NCBI GenBank assembly: GCA_964016885.1
Contig: OZ024742.1
Location: 259,284,001-259,348,000, forward strand
DNA: 64,000 nucleotides
Reading direction: 5' to 3'
Origin: Eledone cirrhosa
Taxonomy: Eukaryota
Shown here: positions 1 to 13,157 of the stretch, one piece after another
How positions within the stretch are numbered: the stretch's first letter is position 1
Layout of the letters: each line of letters starts with the position of its first letter
Notes under the pieces: generated by a model
What the model was told of the DNA's origin: nothing
The model's database searches: none
Seen by the model: only the letters and a program-made list of their open reading frames with translations
Translations under genes and position numbers: made by a program

Positions 1-50
1 ATATATATATAGTTAAAAGAATAGAGGTGTAACACACAAGTTATTATATA

Positions 51-356
51 TTGGTAAACGGAATAGAAAATGCTGACAAATTGTTCACAGTTGAAAAATG
101 GTTTAATTAGGAATAAAAGAGTATTAGTGATTGTATGGGTTAGTATTCAGTTGTGGTTTTAAGATCAGAGCAAACAGCACGGACACTCTATCTCAAAATT
201 ATTTTTGAAAAACATTTAGAAATGCGCAACCGGTAAACACTTAAAAACTTAAAACCACAACTGAATACTAACCCATACAATCACTAATACTCTTTTATTC
301 CTAATTAAACCATTTTTCAACTGTGAACAATTTGTCAACATTTTCTATTCCGTTTA

Positions 357-360
<4 letters not shown>
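51..360. mobile_element. Fold-back element in (TA)n, family A: truncated inverted arm plus full ~197-bp unit; probably Penelope-like element (PLE)-derived, non-coding
   Basis: 51-163 is the near-perfect reverse complement of 248-360. TA repeats lie on both sides. The same sequence recurs at 50061-50290. Confidence 0.75.
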
Positions 361-400
<40 letters not shown>

Positions 401-2232
401 CATACATATATATATATGTATGTATGTATATATATATATATATTTGCATATATACACTTTTCTAGTCCACTCTCTTTTTTTTTTCGTTTACAAGTACCTT
501 CTTTTCCAACATAGCTGTGTGAAGCCGTTCGTTTCGTGATCAACTGATTTCACATTCAGTCCTCAAGTGTCTTCTATTGCCTTTGATTCTGCAGGGCCTG
601 GCAAATGAAATTTGATTGATAGAAACTGTGTGAAAGGTTGATGTATGTGTGTCTGTGAGCATGTGTATGTGTGTGTTTGTGCGTTTACATCTACTGTGTG
701 ATTGGGCCCCCACAACATAGTGGATCAGCAATAGATAATAGATATAATTGCCAGGATTTTTTATATTTGCGTCTATATGTTCAAGGAAATTGCATTACGT
801 CGGGACTCCAGCATGGCCGCAGACTAACGATTGAAAGTAGTAAAATAATACGTGATTTAAAAAGTTCCTTTGTATATTTTGGGACGGTATGTTCTCTTTA
901 AACAAACACGCAAAATCGGTTTTATTTATAGGCAGGAAACTGACCAGTTGCTTTAGTAACTTGATGGTTATGTAATTGCCAAAGCTCTTTCGACATACAC
1001 ATTATGTGACCTTCTCAATGACTATTTTCGCCCTCTGAATCTCCTCTTCGTTTCGATTACTCCATCCTGTCTTTCTCTTGGATTTCATTGTTTTGTTTTA
1101 TTTTTAATTATACTTACTTTCATTCAATTTGTTTCACTCCTCTTGCACCAGTTTGAAACTGAAAGTTGTCTTAATTGAAAACCTGATCTGTCAAAAAATT
1201 GAAAAAAGAAATTATTTGTTCGTCTATTTATTTATTTATTTATTTATTTCGTTACTTCTTTCTTTCTTCAATCATTTTATTTTTATCTCTTGTTTAGGAA
1301 ATTAAAGCAATTGCCATGTTAATTAGAAACGAAAACTACTTTAGTTGGCATTGTTTTTGCTCTGCTTTTTTTTCTTATTGCTTTTCGTTTTCCATTTTGT
1401 GTGTGTTCTTGTGTTGCTCGGATATTTTTGCTTTTTTTGTTTAATGTGGATATTTTTTAGGGATGGTGTTTATTGTATTCTTGTTTGAGAAGTAATTTGC
1501 TTGTTATTATTTGTAGCTTTTGTTGTAGTTCTATTTGTTCTTCGGAGATCAAACATATGTGTTGGTTTGTTTACAAGACATGAGGTTTTATTTTAACCTT
1601 TGTTTTGTAGCTGTTGTAGTTGTTGCCGTTGTAACTGCTGTTGCATTTGTTAATTATGTCAATGCCAATGCATTCAATGTCTTCTTTTTCAGTTCCATTT
1701 GGAATTTCATGCTATTTTTACTCATGAATATTTAATAGAGTATAGTGATATATCATTATCATCACTATCATCATTATTATCATCGTTTGACTTCAGTGTA
1801 ACAAGTGGTCACAATACTACTTCATCAATTACAGCTCATGTGATAGGATGTTTAGCTTTCACCATGGCTAAGATTTTAATACCCAGGCCAAATTCGAAAT
1901 CATTTCCAGAGCATGCTCAAATACGCCCGTAACCAAGCGCACCATGAACTGGAACTTTATTTTAGCGATTCTAATAGGATGAAAACCATTTTGACACTCG
2001 TGGGCTTTGAATTCAGAGTGAGTGCAGAATGTTGGAAGAAACACTTTACGAGATTCGATGCGACAACATAACAACTTAACGACTCTGTCAATTCACCGTA
2101 TGGTAATAATAATTACTTACAGTTTTTCTGCATACTTTGCCTCGGTCGATGGAAAGCATTCTTTAACACCTTATATCTGCTAGGGTTCCCTTTAGTTGTT
2201 CATTTGAGGGGGTCTCTCAATCCCCACCACCA

Positions 2233-2400
2233 AATAATGATTTCTAATATAGGCACAAAGCCAGCAATTTTTGGGGAGGGGAAAGTTGATTAAATCAACC
2301 CCAGTGCCTGACTGGTATATTATTTTATCGACCCCGTAAGGATGATAGGCAAAGTTAACCTCGGTGGGATTTGAACTCAGATCATAAACCCTATGCTGCC
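2233..2400 (-). mobile_element. tRNA-derived SINE (OK/Meta-domain-like), partial
   Basis: Reverse complement of GAGTTCAAATCCC...GCCTATCATCCTTACGGGGTCGATAAAATA...CTGGCTTTGTGCC, shared with about 20 other copies. Confidence 0.85.
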
Positions 2401-2957
2401 CACCACCAAATAATAAAAGGTAATACATATACTAAAGAATGAACTTTCAGTACAATAACAGAACAAATGATTTTACGTAATTGACACCCGATAGTATTAC
2501 ACAAAAAAACTTTAAATTACAGCCCAATAATTTTATATAATTTACACATTGTTTGTCTTTAATGTTTTTTTTCTGCTTTCGGAGAGATATACAATTTGAA
2601 TTTTTCATTTGAATTACTTCTCGTAGCGAAGTTCATATTTAATTGTCTAATTAGTGTTGATATAATTACGTTAACAATTAAACATTGCTCTGCCCATCCC
2701 GCTCCAGCTCTGAACACAGTCGATTAATTCAAGAGAAGGAAAGCGGGAGAGGAGGGAGAAAGAGATATAGAGGCAGAATCTGCCTAGTATTGGACTGGTA
2801 TTTCATCACCATCAAAGGATGAAATAGGAAGTTAAACTCAGTGTCTTTGAATTCAGAGCGGAGAGAGGCGGAACAAATATCACAAAGCATTCTATTCTAT
2901 CCACTCTGCGAAATAGACGACACACTACTGACTGCACAATTATTATTGGGCTTATGA

Positions 2958-3178
2958 AGGCGGTCAATTGGCAATATCGGTAGAGCGTCGGACAACATGT
3001 TTTGCAGCATAGAGTTACGGCCCTTTATGATCTGAGTTCAAATCCCGCCGAGGTTAACTTTGCCTTTCATCCTTACGGGGTCGATAAAATAAAGTACCAG
3101 TCACACACTGGGGTCGATTTAATCGACTTCCCCCTCCTCCAAAATTGCTGGCCTTGTGCCTATATACGTAACCATTAC
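2958..3178 (+). mobile_element. tRNA-derived SINE, full length, long-tail variant
   Basis: A-box-like TGGCAATATCGG, B-box GTTCAAATCC, core GCCTTTCATCCTTACGGGGTCGATAAAATAAAGTACCAG, internal GTCGATTTAATCGAC hairpin. Confidence 0.9.
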
Positions 3179-3534
3179 TGGGTTTATGTCTTCTGTGAAT
3201 ATTGAAGGAAATTGATAACAATCATCCAATATAAATATACCAGCTTTAACTGATGAACAATCAGAATATTCATTGGTGACGATGATAATGATGATGATGA
3301 TGATGATGAAGATGGTGGTGTCTCTGTTTTATTCGACGGTAGGTATTCAGCTCTTTGATCAACCGAACGTTCAACTAAGGAATTAACGTGGTTGAATATT
3401 CCACTTCCCAAGTCAAGGCACTTTCCAAAGATTCTACGTAGTGGGATTCATCACGGGACCAGTTGATTGCAAAGCTAAGTTCGTAAGCACACAGCCACGC
3501 TTGCTTCAATATCCACAGCAATAATGGGAACACT

Positions 3535-3720
3535 GGGCGCAATATGGCCAGATGGTTAAGGTGTTCACTTCGTAATCATTATGTCTCGGGTTCGAACCTA
3601 CATTATGACAACTTGGGCAAGTGTCATTTACCATATCATTGAATAGCATATAAATTGAAAGTGAAAGTGGTTTGGGAGGAAACTATTTGGAAACCCGTCA
3701 GATGAACTGCACCTGTTATG
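3535..3720 (+). mobile_element. CORE-type tRNA SINE, diverged; other diverged copies near 3345-3500(-), 6765-7200, 20212-20800, 46555-46860, 48440-48690(-), 52740-53050(-), 53340-53620(-)
   Basis: TGGTTAAGG...GGTTCGAACC head followed by CTTGGGCAAGTGTC, a CORE-like motif (TGTGTCCTTGAGCAAGACAC-like in other copies). Confidence 0.6.
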
Positions 3721-4035
3721 CAAGAGACCAACCTTGTCACACAGTGTGTCATACTAACGATATATTGACCTGTCATTTAAGAGACCTATCTTGTCATTCA
3801 ATATGTTATACTGGGTTGTACCTATACTTTAAGCCACCTAACTTGCTATATAATGTGTTATACTAACGGTATATATACCTGTAACTTAAACGACCTACCC
3901 TCTTAAACAATGTTATATTGACGATATATTTACATGTAATTTAAGAAACCAGCCCTGTCATACAATATGTCTAACAGGCGGCATATCTGCCTGTAATTTT
4001 ATAGACCAACATCATCATACAATCTGTCTTACTGT
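3710..4035 (+). repeat. Degenerate ~55-bp minisatellite, about 6 units
   Basis: Recurrent CTTGTCA..CAAT.TGT.ATACT....ATAT..ACCTGTAA.TTAA.GACC. Confidence 0.7.
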
Positions 4036-4839
4036 CAGTACATTCGGCCACTTACAAGTTATTTTTATGCGTAGACTGTTACTTTGATTGAACAGCTGGA
4101 ACACTCATCGTTAAAAGCGACTGAAGTCCATTCCGATCGAAACACGAGATTTCTGCCACGGCAGAGCTAATCCTCTAAATGGAATTCTTGTAATTTCAAT
4201 TTCAGTTAAGATATCATATTCTCATCTTCTCATATTCTTTTCTTGAAATCAAATCACCGACTTAAAATGGCGGTTAATCGATTGTTTACTTGGTTTGTTG
4301 TTTTTATTGCTGTTATTTTTGTTGTTGTTGTTAATTTTGTTGTTGCTGTTGTTAATGTTGTTGTTACTGTTGTTAATGTTACTGTTGTTAATATTGCTGT
4401 TGTTATTTTTGCTATTGTTGTTCTTATTGTTGCTGCTGCTGCTGGTGTCATTATTGTTGCTGTTGTTGTTGTTTAAGGCAACCATGATGGCGTATTGCAA
4501 GAATCTTTAGTCTCGTCGAAAATATTTTTGGTTTTTTTTAAGCTCTGAGTTCCGATTCTATTGAGGTCAACTCAGCTCCTCATCCTTAAGGGGTCTATAA
4601 AATATTGTACCAGTTTAGAATACTGGATGTCGATTTAATCGACGCATTACTTCTCCTAAATTGCTGGACTTGTGCCAAAATTAGAAAACATTATTAATAT
4701 TGCCTCTACCTCATGCTTCTTCCTCTTCTTTTTCTTCTTCGCCTTCTTCTTCTTCTTCTTTTTTTTTCTTTTTTTCTTTTACTCTTTTTCTTCTTATTCT
4801 TTTCCTTTCCATTCTTTTCCTTCACTTTCTCTTGTTGAT

Positions 4840-5330
4840 AGTGTAAAAGCCAAACTCGCTATCTCCAATTCGGTATTCGTGACAACCCTTACCTATGGTC
4901 ATGAATCTTGGATAATGGCCGAAAGAATACGATTGCGAATAAAAGCGACCGAAATCGGTTTCCTCTGAAGGGTCTTTTGAGTAGCGTTACTCGATAGAGT
5001 GCGTAGCTCGAAGATCAGAGAGTCACTCCATGTTGAGCCGCTTCTTCTCGGAATTGAGAGATCACAGTTCCGATATCATGGGGATATGGTTAGTATGTTT
5101 CAGGAAAGAATCGCCGGACAAATTTACGGGCAAAACGAACCGACAGAAGACCCAGGGGTAGACAGCGAGCAAGATGTTTGGTTAACATCCATGTGATTGG
5201 ATGGTCTGGCTTGGGGATCCAGCCGGATCAGTTGGAGACGTTTGCTTCTGACAGGACCCACTGGAAGGAGTGTCTGAGGACTCTGCCCCCATGACCCTTT
5301 CAGAAATAAGTGGGCGAAGAGAAGAAGAAT
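4840..5330 (+). mobile_element. RTE-clade LINE, 5'-truncated 3' fragment
   Basis: Peptide AKLAI.NSVFVTTLTYGHESW...ATEIGFL...RSSKIRESLHVEPLLL.IERSQ followed by a (GAA)n tail. Homologous to 42551-43370. Confidence 0.85.
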
Positions 5331-5367
5331 ATATATAATATATATAAGTTGAGAAGGAAGAAGAGAT

Positions 5368-5430
<63 letters not shown>

Positions 5431-8400
5431 AGGCATGAATTCTTGTAAAGATCTGGTATTTGAACTCAGAATCTAAAGAAAACTGAACAATAGCCTTAAG
5501 GTATTTTTTCCGACACTCTAAATATTCTGCCAAGCCACCGCCCTTATCTCCCAATAACAATAATAAAAACGTGCTATTGCAACGGCTACTTTACATTTGT
5601 CAAATGACAGTATGATTAATGAGAAATATTTCCCATTTATTTATCCGCTTAGAATAATATAGTCCGGCTTTGCATCTCAGTAGAGTAGGAAATTTGAGAG
5701 CAGAGGTCAGTTGATTATGTTTTCATATTGAATAGAAGTGGTCACTCTCAATACAATGGCTCGGTCATAGCTTCTTCATAATTGATGGACCCTTGTTTGT
5801 AGTATGTGTAGTAGGGAATGAAATCTACCTCTCCGTTACTTTCATCGACTAGTAATCTACTTGTTCGAGGAATAAACAAACTTCTCATAAGAATTTGTTA
5901 GCGTTGTACAGTGTTTTATATGGTTTCTTATTGACTCAACGTCACTCACAATTCACGAGTCGATCTGAGACAATGGCAAATGACATTTGACCAAGGGGAC
6001 GAACCCGGTAAATAATGGCTTCGAAGCGTTTTTCTTAAACATTTGGTAAAATGTACGGGGATATAAGGAGGAAACTCGGTGGAATATTTTCGCGAATTCT
6101 TGCTGTGTATTGGAGAGATGCTTATACTACTAATGGTTTAGCAAATTTGCAGAGTCATGAGATCGTCGGATAGAATGCTTTGCAGTATTCTTTCTAGTTA
6201 TCAAAATATTGAGATCAAATCCCATTGATGTTATTTTCAATCTTCTCGAGACCGATTGTTCCCCTTTCTCTCATTCTATCTCTGTCGCTCTCGTTCTGAA
6301 AGGAAGATCAGTTGTATTTAGACCTGGAGAGGGATTAACTCAACCAGATATGAGATGTTCAATGGGAGATGGTGCCCGAACAACTCCATCAGGATTAAAG
6401 GACCCCTGGATAGCATATAATATTTTATAGCATTGTGAAATTGCGGGGCCTAGTAGTTAGATTATTGGGATATAAAAATTACATTTAACTCTAACGTAAA
6501 ATAGAACATAATTGTAATTAATATAAAGGAAACATTGTGTATAAACATTTTTCAAGGTTTGAAATAATACCTTTCTTTGGATTTGATCCATTTATTTTCA
6601 ATTTACAAATTGTACCCCAACATCGACTGTTCCAGTTGTTAATGAAATTAATGTGCAAGTAACAAATGCAGCCTGAACATAATTCTCGAGGAGATTCAGC
6701 GTTGTACAATGTATATCTGAGCTATTCCTTTAAATTACACGTGCTAATCAATGTGAAGGCGCATGGTTTAATGAGTACAGTTTGGGAGCTCACTATCGTA
6801 AAGCCATCAGTTCGATTCCTCGTTATGAGTTGTGTCCTTGACCAAGTCACTATATTTTTAGTTTATCCTGTCCTTAACTTTCATATATCATTACAAATGC
6901 TTTTCAATATAAATTGTTACATTTTTTTTTCATGCTTTTATTCTTTTGCGTGAGAGCACATGATTCACGGCTTATGTTGTTGGGGATCATGATCACGTTG
7001 TTATTGTTTCGTATCGCAAACTAGATAAAGTTTCTATAAACAAGACACTTCATTCCGTGTTGCCCCAGGCCGCCTATCTGAAATTTAGCACCAACGGAAG
7101 CCTGGACTTAGAACTTCGATGGTGTGGTACCCTTACATGCAATTAACCCGCATGAAACTGGGATACACTCCATGCTTTGTTCAACTCTTGCAAGCATGTG
7201 AAACACATTTTAACATTTAACGTTTAACAAGTGTAACAAACATTATAACATTAGCATTTCACAGATTAATCTGAGGGAAGGAGAGCACCCATAATATTTC
7301 AGGCTCTTCTGTTTGGCATATTGTGTCACGGTGATTCAGCTTGGAATTTGCAATATGTGTATGTTTTTTTTTTTAACATTTAAATGAGCATCCTCAGAAC
7401 CGACGAATGATCCATTATAATCTCACGATGTCGTTGTGTTTTCTCAATTTTTTGTCTTTTAGCAATTCCAATACGTTCAGAGTTTTAGTGTTTCCATGAG
7501 GAATATTCCACGGGCGATATCATTGGCTTGCACAATACTAAAATATTCCAAGACTACTATTGTTGTTTTTATATTCTCCTGAATAAGGACCATAAAATTT
7601 CAGATCGCCCCATTTACCTGTAGAAAGTACCATGACTGTAATCAAAGAGAAAGAGAGAGTGGGGGAGGGAAAAGGGAAGTGAGATGTGATGGTATTCGTT
7701 CCGGCTCTCTGAGTTCAGTGTTCAAATCCCGGCGAGGTCAAATTAGCCTTTCATCCTTTCGAGGTTGATAAATTACCAGTCCAGGGCTGGAGTAGATTCT
7801 TCGCACTCTGTCTCTCTCTCTCTCTCTCATTTTCTTTTCCTGTTTTTCTCTATCCTTCTTCATCTCTCTGTTTTTCTTCCCCCTCCCCCCTCTCTCTCTC
7901 TCTCTCTCTCTCGCTTGTTGTTTTAATTTCACCTTGAACAAAACCCATAAAATTTCATATCGCTCGATTTACTTGTAAAAAGTGGCATGACCATAATCAA
8001 GAACGTAAAAGGAGAGAGTGAGAGAGGGAAAGATAGTGGGGGGGGACTGGGAGAGGGGGTGCAGATGGAATTGGTTGATGTTATAGTGCTATAGTCACTG
8101 GAATATTATGATTAACTTGGCTCTCTTCTGTTTTAAAATAGAATTCGCCTCTCTAACATCACACGGTTTATTGGAAAAGATAATGAGTAGGATAACCCAT
8201 TGAATTTAGAGGGGAGTGAAGCGAAGAGTAATGTAGTAAGGTGAAATCAAAATGGCCGCCATCGTATCCCTTCATATTGACAGTCGGGATAGAATTCTCA
8301 ATTCATCATACATACATATACATACATTCATACACACACACACACATATATGTGTGTGTGTGTATGTATATATGTAAGTATGCATGTATGAATGCATGTA

Positions 8401-8436
8401 CATATATATATGTATGTATATCTGTATGTATGTGTG

Positions 8437-8495
<59 letters not shown>

Positions 8496-8544
8496 GAATA
8501 TATGTATGTATTTATATACGTATGTATGTATGCATGTATGAATG

Positions 8545-8577
<33 letters not shown>

Positions 8578-8596
8578 GAATGTATGTATATATATT

Positions 8597-8681
<85 letters not shown>

Positions 8682-8903
8682 ATGAAGTACTTTTAATCCA
8701 CGGAAGCTTGATTACATGCGCGAAACTTGACCCATCCATAATATTGGTAACTATGGAGACCTCCTCGCAGTAGAGTATTCCTAGTGATGCTTGATTGACA
8801 TATACAGTTACCAGAATATTTCAACAGAACTCAGTGTAGCGCACATTCCTTCCTCTTGCTAAAATAATTGAGGGATGTAAATATGTTGATGATCCTTTTT
8901 CCT

Positions 8904-8971
<68 letters not shown>

Positions 8972-9075
8972 AAACATATTTTATAAAATTCCCCATCGTT
9001 ACTAAAACTATGATTGTTGCGAGCTCTCTCCTGCTTACTCCTGTTTTTACCAAAACAACCTTTTCTGAACACAAT

Positions 9076-9660
9076 CTAGGGCGGGTAAAATTCCTGAGAT
9101 CCATGGACGAGTTCTCTCCAGCGGTCTCTGTCCCTCATTATCGCTGCCATGTCCTGCGTCTCCAACAGACCAGTGTCTGTCCTAAAGGCATCAACATACG
9201 TTAACCTTGGCCTTCCTCTTCCAGTGTGTCCAGGTAGGGACGCCCACAGGAGCACTGAGTGCAATGTCAACTCTGGATGTCGGTGAGCATGTCCAGCTAA
9301 CGTCACTCTCCTCTGTGTCACTTTTGAGCTGACTTTTGGGAGGCTCCCATACATCTCTGAGTTTTTCACACTCAGTGTATACTGATTAATGTTCAGAGCC
9401 ATCCTCAGCATTCTCGTGTAGCACCCATCCACCATCTGAGTGAGTTTCTTGGTCAGTGTCCAAGTCTCAGACCCGTACAGCAGCACAGACTCCACTACAG
9501 CAATGAAGAGGCGGATTTTCAGGTCTTTACGAAGGTCTGACTTCCACACCGATCTCAAGTTGTGGCACGCCGCCCAGGCTTTCCTCCCCCTCTCAACCAC
9601 ATCATCTTCCGTATTACCAATCTTTGCTCCCAAATACAGGAAGTCCTCAACCAATTCAAT
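9076..9660 (-). mobile_element. RTE-type LINE C-terminal fragment (post-RT thumb region)
   Basis: 192-aa ORF VEDFLYLG...KIRLFIAVVESVLLYGSETWTLTK...YTRMLR...GRGRP...DRDRWR, typical of the RTE/RTEX C-terminus. Confidence 0.9.
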
Positions 9661-9746
9661 ATGAAATACATATAACAGTGATTACATATTATGTGGAATA
9701 TTGTGTAATACAAACATACCGACTACTATTACTAATTCATTATTTT

Positions 9747-9925
9747 TGGCAGTATCGGTAGAGGGTCGGACGCCATGCTTTCCAGCATAGTTACGTCCCT
9801 TTACGATCTGAGTTCAAATCCCGCCGAGGTTGACTTTGCCTTTCATCCTTACGGGGTCGATAAAATAAAGTACCAGTAATGCACTGGGTAATTTCTGGCC
9901 TTGTGCCTAAAGTAGAAACAATTAT
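9747..9925 (+). mobile_element. tRNA-derived SINE, short-tail variant
   Basis: Matches the family consensus; ends CTGGCCTTGTGCCTAAAGTAGAAACAATTATT. Confidence 0.9.
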
Positions 9926-11033
9926 TTTATATGTCTATATATATATATATATATATCAACTAGAAATTGATTGACATATAAATAGACATATGAAACAATC
10001 ACAGGGGATAATTTGTAAAAGTGTGTAAGCACACATAGCTAGGTAGGTAACTAATTAAAGTTTAACTAGAACTTCAAAAATAGATACCTTATAATTTGAT
10101 TAATTTTCCTCGTATATATTTTATTAAAGAAATATATTTCACCAATTAATCGATTGGTAAACGATAGAAGCCAGATCCTGGATTTTCAACAAGGAAGAGG
10201 TCATTAATTTAATTTGATTTAATTTAATTTATCTTAATTTTGTATATATATATATATATATAAAGATGGATAAAGGTGGTCGTGACAGTGAAAACATGCA
10301 TATATATTTATTTATTAAATTTATACACATGTAAACATATCACAATCACGAACGTCCATGTTAGAGGAAAAAATATATATGGACATCTTCAATCGCCTAC
10401 CGAACCTCATTTGCTTCTCATCAGAAAATTTCTCTACGTATTCATTCCGGCTCATTGGGCTTCGATCTCACATCCTTCGGGATTTAACTTACCATTTTGT
10501 CCTTTCATCGCCAATAAATAAAGTACCTCACACACGCCCTCCGAGAAGAAATCGACTTTGATAATGGCTGGCGATGAAGTTTCGCCACAACGTATAAATT
10601 CCCATGCCACGCCATACAAACTGGAGTGATTGTCATCACACATGAATGGAGACTCTTTCCATTTTTCCGCCTCCTATCGAAAAGAAACGCAACTAATAAA
10701 AAGTAAGTGGTAGTACAAATCTATAGCCACTTCGATCCTTCTGTATTAATGTAAGAGATAGAATGTTACAGACGTCAATGAAGGAAGATTCCAGATGTTT
10801 GAGCACAAATTCTCAGGAAAAATCCTACGCAGCGTACAAAACAAAGTTCTGTCACGAAAAATTATAATTTTACGTTGTTGGGCAAAAATTATAATTTTAC
10901 GTTGTTGAAAAGTCGAAATCTTGCTTCCTAAGGTCTCGTGTCCCTCCACGACAGCCTAACCACAAACCATTCTTCTGTACATAGTTCATTGACATTTTCT
11001 GCTGTAGTTTAGGACAGTGTTGTAGAGTTACTA

Positions 11034-11943
11034 TCTATATATATATATATATATAAAACAGAGGATGCCTGCCTGTGTAAATCCCTAAAACTCGAGAAGT
11101 ACCCAACCGCATTTTAAAGGTATCTTTAGGCTTTTTGAGGCGTAACTTGAAGGTAATCCAGCCGATTTCCTTGAAATTTGCAGCACACATTAGTTAGTCC
11201 CCTCGCATTGATGTGGACAAAAATGCCGATTCCATTAATGGTTTCTAGGAAATTCATAAATTAGCATTGGGCATTTACAATATAAACGCTACTTAAACAT
11301 CGTAAGTAGCGTATAATATTTCGTTAAAAATTTGGTTTATTTAACAGAGGACACAACACTTACTTTTAAGCAGGACCATTTTGGGGGGATTGAGGAAATG
11401 AGGAGGACCTTAAATTGTTTGTCGGCACCTTGTTGATGGTGACCCCAATAGTAAATCCGAAGCGTTTGCGATCCGATATAACAGTTCGGTCTATATCAGA
11501 TTGGGTAGATTTACAAGGAGGCTATGGTCTCCTGTGGGGAAGGCCCAACATGCTGTGCGGTTGCATGATATGTCTTACTCAAGCATTGCAGGCTTTACAA
11601 TATGCATGCAGGTGCAATAGACATAACTGATGATGTCTGTCCGGGTGACTGGGTGCGAATCTATAAAACTCGAAAAGTACCTAACCGATTTTCTCCAAAT
11701 GGAAGAAAAATCATAAGATTTAGAACGCTTAAAGAGTATCCAGTTGATTTTCTTCAGATTTTGCACATGCATGCAAATGTTTTACGATTCGGGCCTGCTG
11801 GTGTTCTACGTTTCCAGTAGATGAACAATCATTCCCTGAGAATAAGGGAATTAAAAAAATACACAGCTACATTCCTCAATATTTGCATATGTGTGTTGCT
11901 ATTTAGGTGTCCTACCCCGTGCAACGCCGAGTCCTGCTGCTAG
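11034..11943 (+). mobile_element. Non-autonomous Helitron
   Basis: 5' TC(TA)n start, 3' CTAG end preceded by a GC-rich imperfect hairpin (CCCCGTGCAACGCCGAG). Inserted between A and T with no TSD. The 5' segment is repeated internally at ~11627-11700. Confidence 0.7.
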
Positions 11944-13157
11944 TGATACATATTTGTTGAGAATATGGGTAAATTTAGAGGCATGAATGCAGCATAACTG
12001 AATAAAAAAGAAGTTCTTTAAGTAAATAGTTTGATCTGACTACGTCTTAACATGTGTTGGGTGAATTGTACCTATTAATCAAAGGAGCAGCCGGGCTACA
12101 CACTGTGTCAACCTCCCTAACAATTAAACTAAGAGGACATATGTCTCTGTCTCTGGAATACTCAGTCTTTTACACGTTAATTTCATAAGCTTGGTGTTCC
12201 TATGATTGGACAACTGGAACACTCATCGTCGAATCCGACGTATCATTCCGTGAGTCTAGCAAAAATGGGAAAGCGTTTTGTTGTAGTTTAGGCAGGCAAG
12301 ATTTGTTGTACACTAATATTTTATATTTGGCGAGTGGGTGTGTAAGTTTAGAAAAATAGGAAAAAATTTCTGCCGTAGATTTAAAGATTTTCTACAGAAA
12401 ATTCTCGGTTCTTTAATGTATGAAAATGTCCGGGAAATATTTAAGAAACAATTGCTTTACAATCGCCACCACCCGGCACTGTTATATTTTTTTGTCTTTT
12501 TGAAGTGTTCAAAGCAAACAAGAATGAAATGGGTTGATAAATATCGATCTATTCAACCTCCTCATTTTCCCTGCACCTACTCCACCTTCTTTCATCTTCA
12601 GTATTCAACATTGTTAACGTGAAATCTTTGACTGCTCTGGTCTTGGCTTAGCTTTTAATAGTGGATGGCCAACTTTATGTTATTGCAATTGTAGCTGTGG
12701 TACATCTGCAGCACATGGTGACGTTGCTGTTCTTTGTCTGTGCTCTTTATTATAGCTGTTGTAATTGTTGTCGATGTTATCATTGCTACAGTTCATGTAG
12801 TGGTAGTAGTGGCGGCGGGGGCAGTTGCTATTTTTACTATTGATATAGATATTGGTTTTGTTGAAGAAAGAGCTGTTATTGGTGCACATGCAGTAGTAGT
12901 TGTAATGGTAGAGGTGGTTGGGGTAGTGCTGGTCGTGGTGGTGGTAGTAGTAGTTGTCGTTTTGTTACTATTCATGTAACATTATTCTACACTACAATTA
13001 CTACTGCAGATGTGGTTGATGTCTATCTTAAGCACAAAGTGAATGTTAATATTTCAAAGGTTCAATCTATCCATCTACCAATCTACTTTTATTGCGTATC
13101 TTCGTTATATTTATGTATTTAATGTTCTTACATTAATAACTATTATTTTCACTGTTG

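Noticed and set aside
2958-3060. tRNA gene suggested by A/B boxes
   Set aside because: No cloverleaf; it is the head of a multi-copy SINE.
3710-4035. CRISPR-like periodicity
   Set aside because: Eukaryotic context, degenerate whole-unit repeats, no unique spacers and no cas genes.
10330-10950. Tc1/Tc3-like peptide hints on the minus strand (FSDEK, DLRK)
   Set aside because: Motifs are in the wrong order, very short, and no TIRs were found.
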